The notes under the pieces are model-generated. The model was not told the DNA's origin, did not search any database, and saw nothing but the letters and a program-made list of their open reading frames with translations. The translations under genes and the position numbers were made by a program. 64,000 bases of DNA from Eledone cirrhosa. Its lineage: Eukaryota. The stretch lies in the NCBI GenBank assembly GCA_964016885.1, contig OZ024743.1, positions 378,696,001 through 378,760,000 on the forward strand, given 5' to 3'. Below are positions 36,701-51,700 of this stretch, piece after piece; within the stretch, counting starts at the first letter, position 1; every line of letters starts with the position of its first letter.

Positions 36701-39700
36701 GAGAGAGAGAGTTTTACACCCCACCACTACCCCAGTTTCTCCTACACTAGAGAGAGAGATTTACACCCCACCACTACCCCAGTTTCCCCTACACTAGTGA
36801 GAGAGAGAGATTTACACCCCACCACTACCCCAGTTTCTCCTACACTAGAGAGAGAGTTTTACACCCCACCCCTACCCCAGTTTCTGCTACACTAGTGAGA
36901 GAGAGAGTTTTACACCCCACCACTACCCCAGTTTCTCCTACACTAGAGAGAGAGTTTTACACCCCACCACTACCCCAGTTTCCCCTACACTAGTGAGAGA
37001 GAGAGTTTTACACCCCACCACTACCCCAGTTTCTCCTACACTAGAGAGAGAGTTTTACACCCCACCACTACCCCAGTTTCCGCTACACTAGTGAGAGAGA
37101 GAGTTTTACACCCCACCACTACCCCAGTTTCTCCTACACTAGAGAGAGAGTTTTACACACCACCACTACCCCAGTTTCCCATACACTAGTGAGAGAGAGA
37201 GTTTTACACCCCACCTCTACCCCAGTTTCTCCTACACTAGAGAGAGAGTTTTACACCCCACCATACCCCAGTTTCTCCTACACTAGAGAGAGAGAGAGAG
37301 TTTTACACCCCACCATACCCCAGTTTCTCCTACACTAGAGAGAGTTTTACACCCCACCACTACCTCAGTTTCTCCTACACTAGAGAGAGAGAGAGAGTCT
37401 TATACCCCACCACTACCCCAGTTTCTCCTACACTAGAGAGATAGAGTTTTACACTCCACCACTACCCCAGTTTCTCCTACACTACAGAGAGAGAGAGATT
37501 TACACCCCACCACTACCCCAGTTTCTCCTACACTAGAGAGAGAGTTTTACACCCCACCATACCCCAGTTTCTCCTACACTAGAGAGAGAGAGAGAGAGTT
37601 TTACACCCCACCATACCCCAGTTTCTCCTACACTAGAGAGAGTTTTACACCCCACCACTACCTCAGTTTCTCCTACACTAGAGAGAGAGAGAGAGTCTTA
37701 TACCCCACCACTACCCCAGTTTCTCCTACACTAGAGAGATAGAGTTTTACACTCCACCACTACCCCAGTTTCTCCTACACTACAGAGAGAGAGAGATTTA
37801 CACCCCACCACTACCCCAGTTTCTCCTACACTAGAGAGAGAGTTTTACACCCCACCATACCCCAGTTTCTCCTACACTAGAGAGAGTTTTACACCCCACC
37901 ATACCCCAGTTTCTCATACACTAGAGAGAGTTTTACACCCCACCACTACCTCAGTTTCTCCTACACTAGAGAGAGAGAGAGTTTTACACCCCACCACTAC
38001 CACAGTTTCTCCTACACTACAGAGAGAGAGAGATTTACTCCCCACCACTACCCCAGTTTCTCCTACACTAGAGAGAGAGAGAGTTTTACACCCCACCACT
38101 ACCCCAGTTTCTTCTGCACTAGAGAGAGAGTTTTACACCTCACTACTACCCCAGTTTCTCCTACACTAGAGAGAGAGTTTTACACCCCACCACTACCCCA
38201 GTTTCTCCTACACTAGAGAGAGAGTTTTACACCCCACCACTAACCCAATTTCTCCTACACTAGAGAGAGAGTTTTACACCCCACCACTACCCCAGTTTCT
38301 CCTACACTAGAGAGAGAGAGAGTTTTACACCCCACCACTACCCCAGTTTCTTCTGCACTAGAGAGAGAGTTTTACACCTCACTACTACCCCAGTTTCTCC
38401 TACACTAGAGAGAGAGTTTTACACCCCACCACTACCCCAGTTTCTCCTACACTAGAGAGAGAGTTTTACACCCCACCACTAACCCAATTTCTCCTACACT
38501 AGAGAGAGACTTTTACACCCCACCCCTACCCCAGTTTCTCCTACAGTAGAGAGAGAGAGTTTTACACCCCACCACTACCCCAGTTTCTCCTACACTAGAG
38601 AGAGACTTTTACACCCCACCATTACCCCAGTTTCTCCTACACTAGAGAGAGACTTTTACACCCCACCCCTACCCCAGTTTCTCCTACACTAGAGAGAGAC
38701 TTTTACACCCCACCCCTACCCCAGTTTCTCCTACACTAGAGAGAGAGTTTTACACCCCACCATTACCCCAGTTTCTCCTACACTAGAGAGAGACTTTTAC
38801 ACCCCACCCTTACCCCAGTTTCTCCTACACTAGAGAGAGAGAGAGTTTTACACCCCAACACCACCCCAGTTTCTCCTACACTAGAGAGAGAGTCTTACAC
38901 CCCACCACTAACCCAGTTTCTCCTACAATAGAGAGAGAGAGAGAGAGTTTTACACCCCACCACTACCCCAGTTTCTCCTACACTAGAGAGAGAGAGAGAG
39001 AGATTTACACCCCACCACTACCCCAGTATCTCCTACACTAGAGAGAGAGCCTTACACCCCACCACTAACCCAGTTTCTCCTACACTAGAGGTAGAGAGAG
39101 AGTTTTACACCCCACCCCTACCCCAGTTTCTCCTACACTAGAGAGAGAGAGAGATTTACACCCCACCACTACCCCAGTTTCTCCTACACTAGAGAGAGAG
39201 AGAGAGAGAGTTTTACACCCCACCACTACCCCAGTTTCTCCTACACTAGAGAGAGAGAGAGAGAGTTTTACACCCCACCACTACCCCAGTATCTCCTGCA
39301 CTAGAGAGAGAGTTTTACACCCCACCACTACCCCAGTTTCTCCTACACTAGAGATAGAGTTTTACACCCCACCACTACCCCAGTTTCTCCTACACTAGAG
39401 AGAGAGAGAGTTTTACACCCCACCACTACCTCAGTTTCTCCTTCACTAGAGAGAGAGAGAGTTTTACACCCCACCACTACCCCAGTTTCTCCTACACTAG
39501 AGAGAGAGAGAGAGTTTTACACCCCACACCACCCCAGTTTCTTCTACACTAGAGAGAGAGAAAGAGTTTTACACCCCACCCCTACCCCAGTTTCTCCTAC
39601 ACTAGAGAGAGAGAGAGTTTTACACCCCACGCCTACCCCAGTGTCTCCTACACTAGAGAGAGAGTTTTACACCCCACCACTACCCCAGTTTCTCCTACAA

Positions 39701-42700
39701 TAGAGAGAGAGTTTTACAGCCCACCACTACCCCAGTTTCTCCTACACTAGAGAGAGAGAGTTTTACACCCCACCACTACCCCAGTTTCTCCTACACTAGA
39801 GAGAGAGTTTGACACCCCACCACTACCGCAGTTTCTCCTACACTAGAGAGAGAGAGTTTTACACCCCACCACTACCCCAGTTTCTCCTACACTAGAGAGA
39901 GAGAGTTTTACACCCCACCACTACCCCAGTTTCTCCTACACTAGAGAGAGAGAGTTTTACACCCCACCACTACCCCAGTTTCTCCTACACTAGAAAGAGA
40001 GAGTTTTACACCCCACCACTACCCCAGTTTCTCCTACACTAGAGAGAGAGAGTTTTACACCCCACCACTACCCCAGTTTCTCCTACACTAGAGAGAGAGT
40101 TTTACACCCCACCACTACCCCAGTTTCTCCTACACTAGAGAGAGAGAGTTTTACACCCCACCACTACCCCAGTTTCTCCTACACTAGAGAGAGAATTTTA
40201 CACCCCACCACTACCCCAGTTTCTCCTACACTAGAGAGAGAGAGTTTTACACCCCACCACTACCCCAGTTTCTCCTACACTAGAGAGAGTTTTACACCCC
40301 ACCACTACCCCAGTTTATCCTACACTAGAGAGAGAGAGAGAATTTTATACCCCACCACTACCCCAGTTTCTCCTACACTAGAGAGAGAGAGAGAGAATTT
40401 TACACCGCACCACTACCCCAGTTTCTCCTACACTAGAGAGAGAGAGAATTTTACACCCCACCACTACCCCAGTTTCTCCCACACTAGAGAGAGAGAGAGA
40501 ATTTTACACCCCACCACTACCCCAGTGTTTCCTACACTAGAGAGAGAATTTTACACCCCACCACTACCCCAGTTTCTCCTACACTAGAGAGAGAGAGAGA
40601 ATTTTACACCCCACCACTACCCCAGTTTCTCCTACACTAGAGAAAGAGAGAGAATTTTACACCCCACCACTACCCCAGTTTCTCCTACACTAGAGAGAGA
40701 GAGATAATTTTACACCCCACCACTACCCCAGTTTCTCCTACACTAGAGAGAGAGAGAGAATTTTACACCCCACCACTACCCCAGTTTCTCCTACACTAGA
40801 GAGAGAGAGAGAATTTTACACCCCACCACTACCCCAGTTTCTCCTACACTAGAGAGAGAGAGAATTTTACACCCCACCACTACCCCAGTTTCTCCTACAC
40901 TAGAGAGAGAGAGAGAATTTTACACCCCACCACTACCCCAGTGTTTCCTACACTAGAGAGAGAATTTTACACCCCACCACTACCCCAGTTTCTCCTACAC
41001 TAGAGAGAGATAGAGAGTTTTACACCCCACCACTACCCAGTTTCTCCTACACTAGAGAGAGAGAGAGAGTTTTACACCCAACCACTACCCCAGTTTCTCC
41101 TACACTAGAGAGAGAGAGAGAGAGAGATTTACACCCCACCACTACCCCAGTTTCTCCTACACTAGAGAGAGAGAGAGTTTTACACCCCACCCCTACCCCA
41201 GTTTCTCCTACACTAGAGAGAGAGTGAGTTTTACACCCCACCACTACCCCAGTTTCCCCTACACTAGAGAGAGTTTTACACCCCACCCCTACCCCAGTTT
41301 CTCCTACACTAGAGAGAGTTTTACACCCCACCCCTACCCCAGTTTCTCCTACACTAGAGAGAGTTTTACACCCCACCCCTACCCCAGTTTCTCCTACACT
41401 AGAGAGAGCGTTTTATACCCCACCACTATCCCAGTTTCTCCTACACTAGAGAGAGTTTTACACCCCACCCCTACCCCAGTTTCTCCTACACTAGAGAGAG
41501 CGTTTTATACCCCACCACTACCCCAGTTTCTCCTACACTAGAGAGTTTTACACCGCATCACTACCCCAGCTTCTCCTACACTAGAGAGAGCGTTTTATAC
41601 CCCACCACTACCCCAGTTTCTCCTACACTAGAGAGAGCGTTTTATACCCCACCACTACCCCAGTTTCTCCTACACTAGAGAGCGTTTTATACCCCACCAC
41701 TACCCCAGCTTCTCCTACACTAGAGAGAGAGAGAATTTTACACCGCACCACTACCCCAGTTTCTCCTACGCTAGAGAGAGAGAGAATTTTACACCCCACC
41801 ACTACCCCAGTTTCTCCTACACTAGAGAGAGAGAGAGTTTTACACCCCACCACTACCCCAGTTTCTCCTACAATAGAGAGAGAGAGGGAGTTTTACACCC
41901 CACCACTGCCCCAGTTTCTTCTACACTAGAGACAGAGAGAGAGTTTTACACCCCACCACTACCCCAGTTTCTCCTACACTAGAGAGTTTTACACCGCACC
42001 ACTACCCCAGCTTCTCCTACAATAGAGAGAGAGTTTTACACCCCTCCACTACCCCAGTTTCTCCTACACTAGCGAGAGAGAGAGAGAGAGAGTTTTACAC
42101 CCCACCACTACCCCAGTTTCTCCTACACTAGAGAGTTTTACACCCCACCACTACCCCAGCTTCTCCTACACTAGAGAGAGAGTTTTACACCCCACCACGA
42201 CCCCAGTTTCTCCTACACTAGAGAGAGAGAGAGTTTTACACCGCACCACTACCCCATTTTCTCCTACACTAGAGAGAGAGAGAGAGTTTTACACACCACC
42301 ACTACCCCACTTTCTCCTACACTAGAGAGAGAGTTTTACACCCCCACCACTACCCCGATTTCTCCTAAACTAGAGAGAGATAGAGTTTTACACCCCACCA
42401 CTACCCCGGCTTCTCCTACACTAGAGAGAGAGTTTTACACCCCACCACTAACCCAGTTTCTCCTACGCTAGAGAGAGAGTTTTACACCCCACCACTACCC
42501 CAGTTTCTCCTACGCTAGAGAGAGAGTTTTACACCCCACCACTACCCCAGTTTCTCCTACACTAGAGAGAGAGTTTTAGACCCCACCACTACCCCAGTTT
42601 CTCCTACACTAGAGAGAGAGTTTTACACCCCACCACTACCCCAGTTTCTCCTACGCTAGAGAGAGAGTTTTACACCCCACCCCTACCCCAGTTTCTCCTA

Positions 42701-45700
42701 CACTAGAGAGAGAGTGAGTTTTACACCCCACCACTACCCCAGTTTCCCCTACACTAGAGAGAGTTTTACACCCCACCCCTACCCCAGTTTCTCCTACACT
42801 AGAGAGAGTTTTACACCCCACCCCTACCCCAGTTTCTCCTACACTAGAGAGAGTTTTACACCCCACCCCTACCCCAGTTTCTCCTACACTAGAGAGAGCA
42901 TTTTATACCCCACCACTATCCCAGTTTCTCCTACACTAGAGAGTTTTACACCGCACCACTACCCCAGCTTCTCCTACAATAGAGAGAGAGTTTTACACCC
43001 CTCCACTACCCCAGTTTCTCCTACACTAGCGAGAGAGAGAGAGAGAGAGTTTTACACCCCACCCCTACCCCAGTTTCTCCTACACTAGAGAGAGTTTTAC
43101 ACCCCACCCCTACCCCAGTTTCTCCTACACTAGAGAGAGCGTTTTATACCCCACCACTACCCCAGTTTCTCCTACACTAGAGAGTTTTACACCGCACCAC
43201 TACCCCAGCTTCTCCTACAATAGAGAGAGAGTTTTACACCCCTCCACTACCCCAGTTTCTCCTACACTAGCGAGAGAGAGAGAGTGAGAGTTTTACACCC
43301 CACCACTACCCCAGTTTCTCCTACACTAGAGAGTTTTACACCCCACCACTACCCCAGCTTCTCCTACACTAGAGAGAGAGTTTTACACCCCACCACGACC
43401 CCAGTTTCTCCTACACTAGAGAGAGAGAGAGTTTTACACCGCACCACTACCCCATTTTCTCCTACACTAGAGAGAGAGAGAGAGTTTTACACACCACCAC
43501 TACCCCACTTTCTCCTACACTAGAGAGAGAGTTTTACACCCCCACCACTACCCCGATTTCTCCTAAACTAGAGAGAGATAGAGTTTTACACCCCACCACT
43601 ACCCCGGCTTCTCCTACACTAGAGAGAGAGTTTTACACCCCACCACTAACCCAGTTTCTCCTACGCTAGAGAGAGAGTTTTACACCCCACCACTACCCCA
43701 GTTTCTCCTACGCTAGAGAGAGAGTTTTACACCCCACCACTACCCCAGTTTCTCCTACACTAGAGAGAGAGTTTTACACCCCACCACTACCCCAGTTTCT
43801 CCTACACTAGAGAGAGAGTTTTACACCCCACCACTACCCCAGTTTCTCCTACGCTAGAGAGAGAGTTTTACACCCCACCACTACCCCAGTTTCTCCTACA
43901 CTAGAGAGAGAGAGAGAGTTTTACACCCCACCACTACCCCAGTTTCTCCTACACCAGAGAGAGTGAGAGTTTTACACCCCACCACTACCCCAGTTTCTCC
44001 TACGCTAGAGAGAGAGTTTTACATCCCACCACTACCCCAGTTTCTCCTACACCAGAGATAGAGAGAGAGTTTTACACCCCACCACTACCCCAGTTTCTCC
44101 TACACCAGAGAGAGTGAGAGTTTTACACCCCACCACTACCCCAGTTTTTCCTACACTAGAGAGAGAGAGAGTTTTACACCCCACCACTACCCTAGTTTCT
44201 CCTACACTAGAGAGAGAGAGAGAGTTTTACACCCCACCACTACCCCAGTTTCTCCTACACCAGAGAGAGTGAGAGTTTTACACCCCACCACTACCCTAGT
44301 TTCTCCTACACTAGAGAGAGAGAGAGAGTTTTACACCCCACCACTACCCCAGTTTCTCCTACACCAGAGAGAGAGAGAGTTTTACACCCCACCACTACCC
44401 TAGTTTCTCCTACACTAGAGAGAGAGAGAGAGAGTTTTACACCCCACCACTACCCCAGTTTCTCCTACACTAGAGAGAGAGAGAGAGTTTTACACCCCAC
44501 ACCACCCCAGTTTCTTCTACACTAGAGAGAGAGAAAGAGTTTTACACCCCACCCCTACCCCAGTTTCTCCTACACTAGAGAGAGAGAGAGATTTACACCC
44601 CACCACTACCCCAGTTTCTCCTACACTAGAGAGAGAGCCTTACACCCCACCACTAACCCAGTTTCTCCTACACTAGAGGTAGAGAGAGAGTTTTACACCC
44701 CACCCCTACCCCAGTTTCTCCTACACTAGAGAGAGAGAGAGAGAGAGATTTACACCCCACCACTACCCCAGTTTCTCCTACACTAGAGAGAGAGAGAGAG
44801 AGAGTTTTACACCCCACCACTACCCCAGTTTCTCCTACACTAGAGAGAGAGAGAGAGAGTTTTACACCCCACCACTACCCCAGTATCTCCTGCACTAGAG
44901 AGAGAGTTTTACACCCCACCACTACCCCAGTTTCTCCTACACTAGAGAGAGAGTTTTACACCCCACCACTACCCCAGTTTCTCCTACACTAGAGAGAGAG
45001 AGAGTTTTACACCCCACCACTACCTCAGTTTCTCCTTCACTAGAGAGAGAGAGAGTTTTACACCCCACCACTACCCCAGTTTCTCCTACACTAGAGAGAG
45101 AGAGAGAGTTTTACACCCCACACCACCCCAGTTTCTTCTACACTAGAGAGAGAGAAAGAGTTTTACACCCCACCCCTACCCCAGTTTCTCCTACACTAGA
45201 GAGAGTTTTACACCCCACCCCTACCCCAGTGTCTCCTACACTAGAGAGAGAGTTTTACACCCCACCACTACCCCAGTTTCTCCTACACTAGAGAGAGAGA
45301 GAGTTTTACACCCCACCCCTACCCCAGTTTCTCCTACACTAGAGAGAGAGTGAGTTTTACACCCCACCACTACCCCAGTTTCCCCTACACTAGAGAGAGT
45401 TTTACACCCCACCCCTACCCCAGTTTCTCCTACACTAGAGAGAGTTTTACACCCCACCCCTACCCCAGTTTCTCCTACACTAGAGAGAGTTTTACACCCC
45501 ACCCCTACCCCAGTTTCTCCTACACTAGAGAGAGCGTTTTATACCCCACCACTATCCCAGTTTCTCCTACACTAGAGAGCGTTTTACACCCCACCCCTAC
45601 CCCAGTTTCTCCTACACTAGAGAGAGCGTTTTATACCCCACCACTACCCCAGTTTCTCCTACACTAGAGAGTTTTACACCGCACCACTACCCCAGCTTCT

Positions 45701-48700
45701 CCTACACTAGAGAGAGCGTTTTATACCCCACCACTACCCCAGTTTCTCCTACACTAGAGAGAGCGTTTTATACCCCACCACTACCCCAGTTTCTCCTACA
45801 CTAGAGAGCGTTTTACACCCCACCACTACCCCAGCTTCTCCTACACTAGAGAGAGAGAGAATTTTACACCGCACCACTACCCCAGTTTCTCCTACGCTAG
45901 AGAGAGAGAGAATTTTACACCCCACCACTACCCCAGTTTCTCCTACACTAGAGAGAGAGAGAGTTTTACACCCCACCACTACCCCAGTTTCTCCTACAAT
46001 AGAGAGAGAGAGGGAGTTTTACACCCCACCACTGCCCCAGTTTCTTCTACACTAGAGACAGAGAGAGAGTTTTACACCCCACCACTACCCCAGTTTCTCC
46101 TACACTAGAGAGTTTTACACCGCACCACTACCCCAGCTTCTCCTACAATAGAGAGAGAGAGTTTTACACCCCTCCACTACACCAGTTTCTCCTACACTAG
46201 CGAGAGAGAGAGTTTTACACCCCACCACTACCCCAGTTTCTCCTACACTAGAGAGTTTTACACCGCACCACTACCCCAGCTTCTCCTACACTAGAGAGAG
46301 AGTTTTACACCCCACCACGACCCCAGTTTCTCCTACACTAGAGAGAGAGAGAGTTTCACACCGCACCACTACCCCATTTTCTCTTACACTAGAGAGAGAG
46401 AGAGAGTTTTACACACCACCACTACCCCACTTTCTCCTACACTAGAGAGAGAGTTTTACACCCCCACCACTACCCCGATTTCTCCTAAACTAGAGAGAGA
46501 TAGAGTTTTACACCCCACCACTACCCCGGCTTCTCCTACACTAGAGAGAGAGTTTTACACCCCACCACTAACCCAGTTTCTCCTACGCTAGAGAGAGAGT
46601 TTTACACCCCACCACTACCCCAGTTTCTCCTACGCTAGAGAGAGAGTTTTACACCCCACCACTACCCCAGTTTCTCCTACACTAGAGAGAGAGTTTTACA
46701 CCCCACCACTACCCCAGTTTCTCCTACACTAGAGAGAGAGTTTTACACCCCACCACTACCCCAGTTTCTCCTACGCTAGAGAGAGAGTTTTACACCCCAC
46801 CACTACCCCAGTTTCTCCTACACTAGAGAGAGAGAGAGAGTTTTACACCCCACCACTACCCCAGTTTCTCCTACACCAGAGAGAGTGAGAGTTTTACACC
46901 CCACCACTACCCCAGTTTCTCCTACGCTAGAGAGAGAGTTTTACATCCCACCACTACCCCAGTTTCTCCTACACCAGAGATAGAGAGAGAGTTTTACACC
47001 CCACCACTACCCCAGTTTCTCCTACACCAGAGAGAGTGAGAGTTTTACACCCCACCACTACCCCAGTTTTTCCTACACTAGAGAGAGAGAGAGTTTTACA
47101 CCCCACCACTACCCTAGTTTCTCCAACACTAGAGAGAGAGAGAGAGTTTTACACCCCACCACTACCCCAGTTTCTCCTACACCAGAGAGAGTGAGAGTTT
47201 TACACCCCACCACTACCCTAGTTTCTCCTACACTAGAGAGAGAGAGAGAGTTTTACACCCCACCACTACCCCAGTTTCTCCTACACCAGAGAGAGAGAGA
47301 GTTTTACACCCCACCACTACCCTAGTTTCTCCTACACTAGAGAGAGAGAGAGAGAGTTTTACACCCCACCACTACCCCAGTTTCTCCTACACCAGAGAGA
47401 GTGAGAGTTTTACACCCCACCACTACCCCAGTTTCTCCTACGCTAGAGAGAGAGTTTTACACCCCACCACTACCCCAGTTTCTCCTACACCAGAGATAGA
47501 GAGAGTGTTTTACACCCCACCACTACCCCAGTTTCTCCTACACCAGAGAGAGTGAGAGTTTTACACCCCACCACTACCCCAGTTTCTCATACACTAGAGA
47601 GAGAGAGTTTTACACCCCACCACTACCCCAGTTTCTCATACACTAGAGAGAGAGAGAGAGTTTTACACCCCACCACTACCCCAGTTTCTCATACACTAGA
47701 GAGAGAGAGAGAGTTTTACACCCCACCACTACCCCAGTTTCTCCTACACTAGAGAGAGAGAGTTTTACACCCCACCACTACCCCAGTTTTTCCTACACTA
47801 GAGAGAGAGAGAGTTTTACACCCCACCACTACCCCAGTTTCTCCTACACTAGAGAAAGAGAGAGAGTTTTACACCCCACCACTACCCCAGTTTCTCCTAC
47901 ACTAGAGAAAGAGAGAGAGTTTTACACCCCACCACTACCCCAGTTTCTCCTACACTAGAGAGAGAGTGAATTTTACACCCCACCACTACCCCAGTTTCTC
48001 CTACACTAGAGAGAGAGTTTTACACACCACCACTACCCCAGTTTCTCCTACACTAGAGAGAGAGAGAGTTTTACACCCCACCACTACCCCAGTTTCTCCT
48101 ACACTAGAGAGAGAGTTTTACACACCACCACTACCCCAGTTCTCCTACACTAGAGAGAGAGTTTTACACCCCACCCCTACCCCAGTTTCTCCTACACTAG
48201 AGAGAGAGAGAGTTTTACACCCCAAACCTACCCCAGTTTCTCCTACACTAGAGAGAGAGAGAGAGTTTTACATCCCACCACTACCCCAGTTTCTCCTACA
48301 CTAGAGAGAGAGAGTGAGTTTTACACCCCACCACTACCCCAGTTTCTCCTACACTAGAGAGAGAGAGAGAGTTTTACACCCCACCACTACCCCAGTTTCT
48401 CCTACACTAGAGAGAGAGAGTTTTACACCCCACCCCTACCCCAGTTTCTCCTACACTAGAGAGAGAGAGAGAGTTTTACATCCCACCACTACCCCAGTTT
48501 CTCTTACACTAGAGAGAGAGAGAGAGTTTTACACCCCACCACTACCCCAGTTTCTCCTGCACTAGAGAGAGAGAGAGTTTTACACCCCACCACTACCCCA
48601 GTTTCTCCTACACTAGAGAGAGAGAGCTTTACACACCACCACTACCCAAGTTTCTCCTACACTAGAGAGAGAGTTTTACACACCACCACTACCCCAGTTT

Positions 48701-51700
48701 CTCCTACACTAGAGAGAGAGTTTTACACCCCACCACTACCCCAGCTTCTCCTACACTAGAGAGAGAGTTTTACACCCCACCACTACCCCAGTTTCTCCTA
48801 CACTAGAGAGAGAGAGCGTTTTACACCCCACCACTACCCCAGTTTCTCCTACACTAGAGAGAGAGTTTTACACCCCACCCCTACCCCAGTTTCTCCTACA
48901 CTAGAGAGAGAGTTTTACACCCCACCACTACCCCAGTTCTCCTACACTAGAGAGAGAGTTTTACACCCCACCACTACCCCAGTTTCTCCTACACTAGAGA
49001 GAGAGAGATTTTTACACCCACCACTACCCCAGTTTCTCCTACACTAGAGAGAGAGTTTTACACCCCACCCCTACCCCAGTTTCTCCTACACTAGAGAGAG
49101 AGTTTTAAACCCCACCCCTACCCCACTTTCTCCTACAATAGAGAGAGAGGGAGAGTTTTACACCCCACCACTGCCCCAGTTTCTCCTACACTAGGGAGAG
49201 AGAGAGTTTTACACCCCACCACTACCCCAGTTTCTCTTACACTAGAGAGAGAGTTTTACACCCCACCACTACCCCAGTTTGTCCTACACTAGAGAGAGAG
49301 TTTTACACCCCACCACTACCCCAGTTTGTCCTACACTAGAGAGAGAGTTTTACACCCCACCACTACCCCTGTTTCTCCTACACTAGAGAGAGAGAGGGAG
49401 AGTTTGACACCGCACCACTACCCCAGTTTCTCCTACACTAGAGAGAGAGAGAGAGTTTTACACCCCACCACTACCCCAGTTTCTCCTACACTAGAGAGAG
49501 AGTCTTACACCCCACCACTAACCCTGTTTCTCCTACACTAGAGAGAGAGAGGGAGAGTTTGACACCCCACCACTACCCCAGTTTCTCCTACACTAGAGAG
49601 AGAGAGAGTTTTACACCCCACCACTACCCCAGTTTCTCCTACACTAGAGAGAGAGAGTTTTACACCCCACCACTACTCCAGTTCCTCCTACACTAGAGAG
49701 AGGGTTTTACACCCCACCACTACCTCAGTTTCTCCTACACTAGAGAGAGAGAGAGTTTTACACCCCACCATACCCCAGTTTCTCCTACTCTAGAGAGAGA
49801 GAGAGAGAGTTTTACACCCCACCCCTACCGCAGTTTCTCCTACACTAGAGAGAGAGAGAGTTTTACACCCCACCACTACCCCAGTTTCTCCTACACTAGA
49901 GAGAGACAGAGAGTTTTACACCCCACCATACCCCAGTTTCTCCTACTCTAGAGAGAGAGAGAGAGAGTTTTACACCCCACCCCTACCCCAGTTTCTCCTA
50001 CACTAGAGAGAGAGAGAGTTTTACACCCCACCACTACCCCAGTTTCTCCTACACTAGAGAGAGACAGAGAGTTTTACACCCCACCATACCCCAGTTTCTC
50101 CTACTCTAGAGAGAGAGAGAGAGAGTTTTACACCCCACCCCTACCCCAGTTTCTCCTACACTAGAGAGAGAGTGAATTTTACACCCCACCACTACCCCAG
50201 TTTCTCCTACACTAGAGAGTTTTACACCGCACCACTACCCCAGCTTCTCCTACACTAGAGAGAGAGTTTTACACCCCACCACTACCCCAGTTTCTCCTAC
50301 ACTAGAGAGAGAGAGAGTTTTACACACAACCACTACCCCAGTTTCTCCTACACTAGAGAGAGAGAGAGTTTTACACCCCACCACTACCCCAGCTTCTCCT
50401 ACACTAGAGAGAGAGTCTTACACCCCACCACTACCCCAGTTTCTCCTACACTAGAGAGAGAGAGAGTTTTACACACAACCACTACCCCAGTTTCTCCTAC
50501 ACTAGAGAGAGAGAGAGTTTTACACCCCACCACTACCCCAGCTTCTCCTACACTAGAGAGAGAGTTTTACACCCCACCACTACCCCAGTTTCTCCTACAC
50601 TAGAAAGACAGAGAGTTTTACACACAACCACTACCCCAGTTTCTCCTACACTAGAGAGAGAGAGAGTTTTACACCCCACCACTACCCCAGCTTCTCCTAC
50701 ACTAGAGAGAGAGTCTTACACCCCACCACTACCCCAGTTTCTCCTACACTAGAGAGAGAGAGAGTTTTACACACAACCACTACGTCAGTTTCTCCTACAC
50801 TAGAGAGAGAGAGATTTTTACACCCCACCACTACCCCAGTTTCTCCTACACTAGAGAGAGAGTTTTACACCCCACCCCTACCCCAGTTTCTCCTAGACTA
50901 GATAGAGAGTTTTACACCCCACCCCTACCCCACTTTCTCCTACAATAGAGAGAGAGGGAGAGTTTTACACCCCACCACTACCCCAGTTTCTCCTACACTA
51001 GGGAGAGAGAGAGTTTTACACCCCACCACTACCCCAGTTTCTTCTACGCTAGAGAGAGAGTTTTACACCCCACCACTACCCCAGTTTCTCCTACACTAGA
51101 GAGAGAGAGAGAGAGTTTTACACCCCACCACCACCCCAGTTTCTCCTACACTAGAGAGAGAGTTTTACACCCCACCCCTACCCCAGTTTCTCCTACAGTA
51201 GAGAGAGAGTTTTACACCCCACCCCTACCCCAGTTTCTCCTACAATAGAGAGAGAGAGAGAGTTTTACACCCCACCCCTACCCCAGTTTCTCCTACACTA
51301 GAGGGAGAGTTTTACACCCCACCACTGCCCCAGTTTCTCCTACACTAGAGACAGAGAGAGTTTTACACCCCACCACTACCCCAGTTTCTCCTACGCTAGA
51401 GAGAGAATTTTACACCCCACCACTGCCCCAGTTTCTCCTACACTAGAGACAGAGAGAGTTTTACACCCCACCACTACCCCAGTTTCTCCTACACTAGAGA
51501 GAGAGTTTTACACCCCACCACTACCCCCACTTTCTCCTACAGTAGAGAGAGAGTTTTACACCCCACCCCTACCCCAGTTTCTCCTACGCTAGAGAGAGAG
51601 AGAGAGTTTTACACCCCACCCCTACCCCAGTTTCTCCTACACTAGAGAGAGAGAGTGAGTTTTACACCACACTCCTACCCCAGTTTCTCCTTCACTAGAG